From the NCBI RefSeq assembly GCF_000281045.1, contig NW_008246070.1, positions 1,384,346-1,435,563 on the forward strand: DNA of 51,218 nt, read 5' to 3'. Below, in pieces: positions 37,713 to 47,641 of this stretch. The position numbers were made by a program, and so were the translations under genes. Under the pieces are notes generated by a model. The model did no database searches. It had not been told where the DNA came from and saw only the letters and a program-made list of their open reading frames with translations. Each line of letters opens with the position of its first letter. Positions within the stretch are counted from its first letter, which is position 1. Source of the stretch: Saprolegnia diclina VS20. Its lineage: Eukaryota.

Positions 37713-39472
37713 ATGGACCACACGGCGGGGACGCGGCTCTTCCAAGCCACAGTCACCTACCTCCGTAGCCAGCCCATGCTCACAGAGAAGGAGGTCCAGG
37801 ACCTCCTCATGCTCAAAGAGTACGTCGACCGAATACACCGGTTCTACCGGCGGCGAGGCAGCACCACAGGCAGCTCCAAGGCCAGCTTCATCACGGGCAG
37901 TCTCCGGCCCATGCGCCGCCGGTCCGTCGGTGCGTCTCCCGCACCCATCGTCACTTCTTTCAATATACAAATCACTAGGGTCGTCCGTCTCGAGCATGAA
38001 TGGGCTCATGCCGACGCGGGCGGGTACTGAGGGCGGGCTCACGACAGCGACCATCAAGGGCATCCTCGCAGCCGTCGACCCGTACATTGAGCTCACCGAG
38101 TACGACATCAACACGTCTGTCTTTGAAAAGATCTTTGGCTCCACGGTCGCCTACTACTGGTCGCTCTACAAGCCGGGCGCGGGGCGCATCGCGGTCCTTG
38201 CCGTCGCGTGGCTCGTCTTTTACAGCACGCCGCTCGAGACAATGGTGCTCCCGGCCATGTCCCTTCTAATCACGCGGCTTATTGCGACTGGCTGCATTGG
38301 CTGGCTCGTGCTCTACTTTTGGTCCCAGCTCAACTGGCGCATGACGCTCGAAGCACTGAGCTACTTTGACGCGTGGTTCTTCGTCACGCACGCCGTACAG
38401 TCCAAGCTCAGTCTCGATCCGAGTCTCATATTTCTTATTGGTGAGGTAGGTGCTCTACGCTGGCGCGTACGCGGCACTCTGTGCGTTTGATCACGTCACG
38501 ATTGCGTTCAACGTCATGGGCGTCCTCGGCTTCTCGGCCATCATTGCCTACGACGCGTACCCGCTCTACTCGCGCCGCACCGCGCGCTACGTGCTCGTGA
38601 TCATCCTCCTCATCATGATTGGCATCATGCTGCAGATGGGCCGCCGGTCCAACTTTTTAAACCGCGACCTGTACCTCGACATCTCGCACGGCTTGGTCAA
38701 TACGACGTGCGCGGTTCGCGTCAACGACACGGTTGTGCCGTGCGAGGCGTACTTGACGTGGGGCTTCAACGTCTACGACTTTGCCTTTCAGCGGCTTCAG
38801 ATCCTCGCCATCTACATGACGCGGAATACGTACTGGGCGTTTCGCGCGCCGCGCTACTGCGTCATCATCAAGTCGCGCGTCGCGTTGGAGGAAGTACCTG
38901 TTCACGCCATCTCGGTGAGCCAAGTGAGCACGGGCATGGACGTGTACCGGCGCAACTCGCTCGTGCGGACATCGCTGGCGCAAATGTCGTCGGGACCGGA
39001 GACCTCGACGATGCTCTCGCCCACCGATGCGATTTTACCGCCAATGAACGAAGCCTCCGAAGCGCGCCTTTCGACGCGCCGCATGTCGGCGTCGTCGTCA
39101 ATCAAGGTCGCGCCCATGATGGGGCTCATCAAGAACAAGACGTTCCGCCTCTCGGTGCCCAAGCAACTCGAACGCACCAGCTCCAACCGGCTCATGAGTT
39201 CCAACCGGTTTCTGGGCTCGAGCCGCCACATGGGCTCGGTGCTCCAGCGCATCATCCCTGAAGGTGATTGGACCGATGACGATCGCCACGACCGCCACGA
39301 CTCCACAACAACCAAGCTCCAGCCGGTGGCGCCCATTCCGCAAGTCAACGTACCCCCCAACTTGCCCGAGTCACCACCACCCGTCGCGACGCTGTCGACC
39401 AAGAGTTTACCGCCTGCACGCTCCGGGCCGCACTCGTTTCGAGGCATGCCGCCCGAGTTGGCCGACTTATGA
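37713..39472 (+). CDS. Multi-pass membrane protein with Ser/Pro-rich C-terminal tail; multi-exon
   Basis: ORFs 37587-38030, 37930-38490 and 38450-39472 link through short introns; several hydrophobic helices (e.g. YVLVIILLIMIGIML); loop NTTCAVRVNDTVVPC. Confidence 0.8.
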
Positions 39473-39494
39473 ATCGAGTGTAATGGCTGTCGTC

Positions 39495-41497
39495 TCAATC
39501 GTGCTTGGGGCGCCAGCTCGTTGCCTGCTTCAACGTCGATCGGGCCGTCGACGGGAACGACTTGTAGAGGAGGAGGCAGCCGACAATGCTCACAAAGAGC
39601 GTCACAGAGGTCACGACCCGGCCGTCCGAGAGGTTGCCGACAGGAATCTCGACCGAGACCGCAGGCTGGGCCAAAGGCGACACGACCCTACGACATGTGA
39701 TGAGCCATCACATTGCGCAACGTAATGCGTACGAAGTCCACTCGGTGGCGCTGGCAGTGACATCCTAGACGCATGCAATCTCGTGACACGACCGACGTGG
39801 CATCATCGAGCGTACCGTTGTGCAGCGCACATAGAGCGATGGCGCGACGACCACCGACGGACGATACAGCAAGTCCTTGGCCGGCGATTGGTACCGAAAA
39901 TGCACGGGGTACTCGAGACGGAATCGGCCGGTCGGGGGCCTAGCCAAAACGACGTAGGCCTTTCGGTTTGTGCTGCCAACAACAAGATATCGTACAAGCT
40001 AGCGACAAACGCGACCACGTGCTCGGTCGAGATGGCCGCGGGCCGCTCAATTTCAATGTGTTTGCTGAACGCAACCAGCTCAAACACACCAAACCGTTCG
40101 AGGCGCTAAGTCTCAACATCAAAAACAAATCTCAAAATGGAGCGTACGCGCAACTCGTCCATGTCGGCGTAGGCTGTCTGGGGCAACGGCTGCACAACGA
40201 GGACCGCGCACGTCTCGTCCGCCTTGGGCGCCACGGCAACAGTCATGTCGATCGCCATGGTTTGGTGGAAACCTAACACATGGTTGGACACATTGTCTGC
40301 GCTGACGTGGTTCCTCCACGCGACGCACCGTGCCCGACAATCGACGCTTCCACGCCCGAGACACGCGACACCGTGCGCGGCGCCACGTACGAGTTGCGGT
40401 CTTGACCCTCGAGCTCCAGAAAGGACACGCGACCTACGCAAGGATGTCCAGAGCAGGCGTGAGACGCGCCGTGTACCATTAGCATCGATCGACTCGACGA
40501 TGGCGATGCGCACATCACGGGTCGTCGCCGAGATCGCGTCGGCCGTCTCGGCCACTTGACGCAGCACGACTTGGGCCTAATGGCAATACAAGCGTATACT
40601 TCAACAGACAAAGCGTCGGTTGTACAAGGGTGCGGTCGATGGGAGCGACGATCACGTGCGTGAAGATGTGCGTCCACGCAGCGACGATGGCCGTGGGGAA
40701 GCGCCTATGCTAGAGTGGAGCGGCGAAGGATGCTACTTGAACGTACGAGGAGAGCGCGCGCTGGAGAGGTGACGCGCCAGTGGCGGCAAAGAACGACGGC
40801 GTCGACGCGTCGGGGAGCGCGAGGACGTCCCGCGACGCCACGTAGCAAAAGGGAATCGACGCGCGCGATGCGTTCGTCGCGTACGCCGGCAGATCGCACG
40901 AGGCGTTGGCGAAGCCTTGTGCGAGATCGTGTGTGAGATAGAATATGGACGGGATGCGTACGATAGGTCGTGGTCGGCGCAAAGGCCGTCCCGAGGAGGT
41001 GCGTCAAGAGGGCGGTCGCGTTGCCCTGGATCTCGAGCGACGTGGCGGTTGACGCTGCAGCCGGCGTCACGCGCACGTGGATGCCTTCGGAGCTGACGGG
41101 CATGGCTTGCTCTTGCGCGAGGTACTCGACCCACGTCGAGCTCGGCGCCGATACGGACGGCACGAATGCAATGTCGACCGACGCAATTGCAGCAGGCCAT
41201 GGCGCAGCCTGATCGATTGCATGAGTCGTGCATACAAAGGACAGTCGTGCACCTCGAGGGCGAGCTCGAGCGACGCGTCCAGCACGCCCATGATAGCAGC
41301 GGTCGGCGTCACCACGTTGGCGTCTATCCAGCATGAGACTCGACCGACGCCGGCAGTCGTCGCGTACCCGAGATCGACAACTTGGCATCAACGCTAGATG
41401 GCCACAGCATGAGCGAGCTGCTACCGTCGCCTTGGGTAGCATGCGTAAGCGGAGCGAGGAGTCCGAGGACAGCGAGGAGTGCTGCCGGGCGATGCAT
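39495..41497 (-). CDS. PIGX: PIG-X/PBN1 family GPI mannosyltransferase I subunit; multi-exon
   Basis: Signal peptide MHRPAALLAVLGLLAPLTHA; GFHQTM, CAVLVVQPLP..AYADMDEL, IEIERPA, YPVHFRYQSP, IPVGN followed by a single C-terminal TM helix. Confidence 0.8.
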
Positions 41498-42351
41498 GGT
41501 CTGGGTGTCTTCCGTAATCGTGCTCGGGTGGATCAAGCTACCGAAAACAGGATGACCCCCGTGGATATGAAGGAGTTTCTCTTAAAAAGCGCTTTAAATA
41601 CTCGAAAAGCTTTCTTACTGCTCGAAACCGTGGCATCAGCTCACGTCACGCACAAATCGCCCACACGTCCAACGACGCCCCACTGCGATGGAAGAGACGC
41701 CCACGCCTGTGCAGAGAGCGTAGCACCCCGTCCTCGCAGCCACCAACGCGCCTGGCATTGGCTTCGAGCACTGAGTCGCCATACGCCCAGACGTTCAGCA
41801 TTTGCGAATCGGTATTACCTCCTTTGTCATCTGCTCCGACGCTGCCTTCTTGCCCACTTGCTTGCTGCCGTGTTGCGCATCTGACTATGCACGCACTCGT
41901 TGCGTCGTCCGTTGCAAGAAGAAGCCGCCGCGTTGGATTGCGCTGCATAGATATAGGGTGCGGTGGGCTGTCGCACGACACCTGCCCTATGGTACTGGTG
42001 TTGTCATGGGCGTCTCGCATAGCAAGATGAGCGCATCCAGTCCGTCGAGCCTCGAGCCCAAGCTGATTCGTCGCGGCCTTGCACCCTCCGTACCCGGTAC
42101 GTCCCACGCTTTTTTAGAAATATTTTCAAGCACGTGTCTGCCCGCTTTGTACAGGCGACGCGGCCGCAACGTCCTCGTTGTGGGCCTTGGAGACTTCGTC
42201 GTCGCAGAGGCAGAGGTGGCCAGCAGGTTGCAGCTCGTCGGAACCTTGGCCGCGACCGAATCGTCACTCTTGAATGGGATCGCAAAATTTGCACCCATGT
42301 GGTTTGATCCAGACAGACGGCGTTGGACACTGAGAGGCAGAAGCTTGCAAT

Positions 42352-42369
42352 TGACAGTTTTCAATTTCC
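42352..42369 (+). promoter_or_regulatory. INR/FPR-like core promoter element
   Basis: ACAGTTTTCAATTTCC shortly upstream of ATG 42385; AATTTCC fits the FPR consensus MWTTTNC. Confidence 0.45.
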
Positions 42370-42384
42370 AGTTCCCGAAGAACG

Positions 42385-43551
42385 ATGAAGCTTGCGACGA
42401 TGCTTGCCTTGACGACGGCCGTCGCGGCCCAGACATGCACCAAGCTTACGGACCCCGCGAGCCCGATGAACGCGTTCCTCACCAAGACGTTCGGCGCGTC
42501 CAACGAGACAGAGGGCGTCATGGCGGTCCTCAACCAGCTCCCGGCGAGCGTCCTCACCTGCTTTGGCTCGATCGACGTGACGGCGGCGATGCCAACGCTC
42601 TTGGCCAGCGTTGGCACCGAGCCCAAGTGCACGCCCGCTCTCATGTGGGTCACGACGCTCATGAACGGCGCCAAGACGGACGCGCCCAAGAAGAACGATG
42701 CTGCTTGGTGGAGTGCCAACTTTACGGACGCCGACCTGCAAAAGGTGTGTACGCCGCTGACGACGAGCGTGACGCCGTGCTTCAACAACGCGCTTGTGCC
42801 CGCGGTCTCCAAGCTCATCGAAGGCAACGCGTGCTGCACGGACTTTGTCGCCGCCATCAAGACCAACTTTGGCCAATCGCTCTCGGCGATGCTCTCGGAC
42901 CTCTTCAACAAGGCCGTCGACGCCGCGTGCTTGGTGCAGACGCCGGGCTTCTCGACGCCCAACCAGACGTGCGCCTACTCGCTCTCCAAGAGCTTCCTCA
43001 ACAACGTCAACAGCTACGAGACGCTCCTCAAGAACGGCCTCGCGGTGACGCAGATCCCGAACGACCAGGGCTGCGCTGCGGTCGAAGGCAACCCGTTCAA
43101 GACGACGGCCGGTGTCGCTGTCTCGGACGTTTTTACCAAGCCGATCGTGCCGGGTGCGTGCGCCAAGCCCGTCGATGCGTTCGTGACGTACATTGCGTCG
43201 TACCCGATCGTCAAGACGTTTACGTACGGCAACATCACGATCAACGACCTCTTCGCCGAGGGCAAGTGCGTCAAGGGCTCGGCCGTCAAGGCGCTCTGGG
43301 CGGATATTCCCATGGAAAAGTCCATGAAGGTTGGCCTCGACACGATCATCAACGACAACGTGTGCTTCCACATCGCCAACGGCTACACGGCCACGTGCAA
43401 GACCGTCTCGAGCCTCTCGGGCACGCCGGCCGGCGGTGACAAGGCGACGACGACGCCGACGACCGCGCCGCTGGCCAAGCCCTCGTCCGCCACCTCGCTC
43501 TCGGCCTTTGCCACCATGGCCGGTATGACGGCACTTCTTATTGCTGCGTAA
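42385..43551 (+). CDS. Secreted Cys-rich protein, likely GPI-anchored
   Basis: Signal MKLATMLALTTAVAA; 14 Cys; Thr-rich spacer; PSSATSLSAFATMAGMTALLIAA terminus; intronless, strong codon bias. Confidence 0.9.
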   Translation: MKLATMLALTTAVAAQTCTKLTDPASPMNAFLTKTFGASNETEGVMAVLNQLPASVLTCFGSIDVTAAMPTLLASVGTEPKCTPALMWVTTLMNGAKTDAPKKNDAAWWSANFTDADLQKVCTPLTTSVTPCFNNALVPAVSKLIEGNACCTDFVAAIKTNFGQSLSAMLSDLFNKAVDAACLVQTPGFSTPNQTCAYSLSKSFLNNVNSYETLLKNGLAVTQIPNDQGCAAVEGNPFKTTAGVAVSDVFTKPIVPGACAKPVDAFVTYIASYPIVKTFTYGNITINDLFAEGKCVKGSAVKALWADIPMEKSMKVGLDTIINDNVCFHIANGYTATCKTVSSLSGTPAGGDKATTTPTTAPLAKPSSATSLSAFATMAGMTALLIAA

Positions 43552-43924
43552 GCTATCAGAATATGAACTACTAGTCGTAGTATAATGCTTGCAATTCAAT
43601 CTTGTGCCCCAATGTGCTACCAAGCTTCGTCGAGAGCGGCTTGACGCCTGCTCGTGGATACCATGTCCCCGTTCAGAGGTGCTTGGCCTGCTACAGTAGC
43701 AGCAAGAAAGCAACGCCTCGGTGCAAGCCACTTCAGCAGACGAGAACGCTGGCGTCGCGGCTCTAGATCATGGGTCCAGTGGACGTTCTTTTGTGGCAAA
43801 CCACCGACCACCGCATGGAGGTGCGCCATGGTATTCGGTCGGCCACGAGAACGTTGGTCTGTGTAATGCGGCCACCAACATTCTGGCGCAAATTCCGAGA
43901 ACTGGCCAGGGACAAGCGCGTGGA

Positions 43925-46529
43925 ATGCTCCAAGAGGCGGCCAGCGCTCCAGCCCCCGCCGAGTCGTGGCTCGGACCCGTCGCGCCGCGGTCCTTCCGAC
44001 GCCTCGCGCTCTACTACGTGCTGAGCTGGATGTTTGCGGCGGCGTTCTGGCTCGGGCTCCTGCTCGCACTCGGGCTCGTCTTCATGACGTCGCCCGTCCT
44101 GCTCGCGTACCGCGGCCCCTTGCGCCGGCGCCGCGTGCTGTACAAAGCGGTCGCGCTTCTGTGGGAGCATGACATTGCGATCGCCAACATGGTGCTGGCC
44201 ACGCCGCTCCGGCCCATCTCGCACTGGGACCTCTACTGCGAGTCCATCGCGTCGTCCGTTGCCTACTTTGCGCTCTGGAAGGGCCTCTGCGTGTGGCTCC
44301 TCGCGACGACGCCGGTCCTGCTGTTGGCGCTGGACGTGCAAACGCTGCCGCCGCTGCGCACAGACCTCCAACTCTTCCTTGACGACCCGCACCCACTCGT
44401 GTACCGCGCCGGCGTCCTCGCCTACTGCGCCCTCGGCTTGTACGTCTGCGATCTCCTCGCAAGCGCAATGGTCGTCGTGACATCCAAGGTCTATGGCCGC
44501 GTCTTTGAGGCCGCCGAGGCCTTCCAGCACGACCTCAGCACGGTCACGATCGAAGCACCCGTGCTGCCATCGACGGCGCTCACAACATATTCGCAGCGGT
44601 CCCAGACGCAGCAGGCGCGATGCGATACAGAAGCCACGCCAAGCAAAACGCTGCATTGGTCACTGCCGCCGTCTGCACCCACACCGCCTGCTTTCGACAA
44701 AGCGTGGCCGCCGCACAGCGTGCAGGACGACGAAACCAACGATCACGAGGCCGACGTCGTGCAGGATTTTGCCAAGCCCCCGCGGCGCCGCCTCAACATT
44801 GGCCGCATCCTCGCCACATCGGCCATGCCACCCTCACCACCCTCGACTACGTACGACCGGCTCAGTCCGGCCGTCGTGCGCGCCGCTCGTCCGTACGATC
44901 CGCTCTCGCCGCCCGCAGAGCTCAGTCGCGAGGCGCGGCAGGGCGTGTTTCGTGCGTTGCCAACGACCCCGTCGGCCGCCGACGTTCATTTTGCCGCGTA
45001 CGGGCCGCTCTGTGTTGGGCTTGCGCCGTTTTCGCTCGACGTGTGGGCCTTTGCGTCGCAGCAGCGCGACGACGTGCATGTGGAAGCCACGACCGAGAGC
45101 TGCCGGGCGCTGTCGCGTGAAGTGCTCCTGTCGCGCGTCACCCGCGGCACGCTCGTGCACGTGTCATTGGATGCGCTGCCCGAGGGCTTTGCGCTCCTGA
45201 GCGAGACGGCGTCGCACACATTTGTACTTCGACGCTGCGAGCTCGTCGCCTCATATAACGCGTCTCGTAGGTATGGCACGGGGACATGGAGCACGTGTCG
45301 TTTCCACTGCAAGCGACAGCACCGCAGACTGGCCATGTCCTCTTTACGTGCACCATCATCATAGGCCATCGCGTCAAGACGCTTCGGACGTACATCTTGT
45401 CGCACCCGAGCCACGGTGATGACGAAGCCAACGTTCAGGTAGTACTGCGTCTTCTCTATCGAAAACAGCCATGTGGACACTCGTGTAGCTGCTAGAAAGC
45501 ACGATGGAAGTGCAGGAGGCGGGTGGGTACATGGAAATCGCCTACACCGACCTCAAGATCAAGGAACTCGTGGGTGCCGGGGCCAGCGGCGATGCGTACC
45601 GCGCCTCGTACCGTGGGCAAGAGGTGCAGATACGGCTATGTTGTTGCAGGACGAATGAGTATGCGCCTAGGTCGTCGTCAAGATGCTCCGACAGAGTGCG
45701 TTTGGGGACAAGCAAGACGCGATCGTGCAAGAGTTCCAGCACGAAGCCGCTGTCCTCGACAAGTTTGGCAAGCACCCGCGCATCGTGCCATTCATTGGCG
45801 CGTGCAGCGACCCGGCGTTCCCGCTGAGCCTCGTCACGGCCTACGTGCCGCACGGTAGCCTCGAGGCGCACCGCAGCCACCTCTCCTCTCTCCAGAAGGA
45901 CCTTGTACTCGCCGATATGGCGGCGGCGACAGCCACGATCCACGCTGCGGGGTTTGTCCACCGCGACTTGGCGGCCCGGTACGTCCTCCTCCATGTATCG
46001 ACCGACGCTTATATGCGACGCGGCAGCAACTGCCTCGTCGACAGCGCCCAGCGCGGCGTGCTCGCCGACTTTGGTCTCTGTCGCCGCGTGAGCTCTCTGG
46101 GCGGCGCGTTTGTGCAAGAAGGCGTCGGCCCGCTCAAGTACATGGCGCCCGAGACGCTGACGCCGCCGTATACCTTTACGCCCCGCTCGGACGCTTTCGC
46201 CTTTGGGTGCGAGCCTACGCATAAAGCAGGATCATGATCTGTTGATTAGGGTCATGATTTGGGAGACGCTCACGGAGGCGAGTCCGTTCGCGTCGATCTC
46301 GCCGCTCCAAGCGGCCGTCCGCGTCCTCGAAGGCGAGCGGCTCCCGACATTCGACCTGCGACCGCGCCACCAAGCGCTCTTGCAAGCCTGCTTTGAGGCC
46401 GACCCGATGCGTCGCCCGAGCATGGAGGAGATCTACGCGGTCCTCCTCGAGCCCGACGCGTCGCCGAGCGCGGGCGCACTCGAGTCGCCGATCATGGTGC
46501 GCCGGACAGCCCGCGCCGCGGCCGTCTGA
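43925..46529 (+). CDS. Membrane-anchored tyrosine-kinase-like (TKL) protein kinase with N-terminal multi-TM sensor-like region and an uncharacterised middle domain; multi-exon
   Basis: Hydrophobic helices at about 44000-44500; introns 45224-45270 and 45979-46026; GAGASG, VVVKM, EFQHEA, HPRIVPFIG, HRDLAARN, DFG, GPLKYMAPE, SDAFAFGVMIWE, RRPSM. Confidence 0.9.
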
Positions 46530-46839
46530 AGCCGCCGACCCATCACCTGTATAGCATAGTGTTCTTGTACTGTACTAGCTTGTCGTCGTCGTATGTACTC
46601 TTCCGTCTTGCACCTTCTCGCGCTGATGCTTCATGAGACGCTCGGCCGTCGAATCCTGCGCTTCCTCGGTACATGGAGCAAGACGTCGACCTCATCGCAT
46701 GGTCGCATGACCTGGAGCACGTTTCCGCAATCTAAAAATACGCGTTTTGGGTTTTCGATCTTTTCCGGAAAGGGTCCGTTACGGGGGTTTCTTGGGCTTT
46801 GCGACCGTCGAGCAGGCCCAGTTGCGAATATCCGAGTCT

Positions 46840-47547
46840 ATGAACGCCACGTCATCGTCGTCGTCGCCGGCGAAGGAGGTCAAGCACCGCAAGGTGGGCA
46901 TCCCCAAGTTCCTCCGGTACCTCTACCAGATGCTCGAGACGGAGGACCCGGCGATCATCGCGTGGGCGTTCGATGGCTCGTCGATCCAGATCCTCGACCT
47001 CCACGCGGTCGCCAACGTCGTCTTGCCCAAGTACTTTAAGCACTCCAACTACGCGAGCTTCCAGCGCCAGCTCAACTACTTTGGCTTCCGCAAGTGGACC
47101 AAGAGCCAAACCAACATTTGCACGTTCAGCCACCCCGAGTTCCGACAGAACCGCCCGGACCGTCTCTGCCTCATCAAACGCAAGAACCGTCCCGAGCGCT
47201 CCAACGTGCAGGCGCGCCGCCAAGTGCCGCCGTCCTTTGCCTCGCCCGGCCCGTGGACCATGGACGAGGGCACGCGCCACGGCGAGGCATCGAAGGCGCA
47301 GGCCATGACGACGGCAACACTGCCCAATGCAAGCCGGTCAACCTCATTCCCGCGGGCCCAGCTCTCGCCGACGCTCCCGAACAGCGTGCTCTTCAACGAC
47401 TTTCACGGTCTGCCTTTCATGCAGGCGTACCGCGCGCCGCCGCCACCGACGCCCAACGTCTTTACGTTTCCATCGCCGCCCGACGACCAGAATTCCGGCC
47501 GCGCTGGCAACACGCCCGACCACATGTGGTACTACTACACCGGCTGA
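46840..47547 (+). CDS. HSF-type DNA-binding transcription factor
   Basis: PKFLRYLYQML...IIAWAFDGSS...VLPKYFKHSNYASFQRQLNYFGFRK...FSHPEF; intronless. Confidence 0.95.
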   Translation: MNATSSSSSPAKEVKHRKVGIPKFLRYLYQMLETEDPAIIAWAFDGSSIQILDLHAVANVVLPKYFKHSNYASFQRQLNYFGFRKWTKSQTNICTFSHPEFRQNRPDRLCLIKRKNRPERSNVQARRQVPPSFASPGPWTMDEGTRHGEASKAQAMTTATLPNASRSTSFPRAQLSPTLPNSVLFNDFHGLPFMQAYRAPPPPTPNVFTFPSPPDDQNSGRAGNTPDHMWYYYTG

Positions 47548-47641
47548 CGTGTCTCGCTATCTCTTCTCTCTACTCGTCGTCGTCGCTATTAACTTGACAA
47601 TCGCAACCATTGCCAACGAAAAAGAACGTGAAATTTGGGGG

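Noticed and set aside
41802..43731. 545-aa alternate-frame and 456-aa antisense ORFs overlapping the secreted protein
   Set aside because: Arg/Gly-rich off-frame translations typical of high-GC3 genes.
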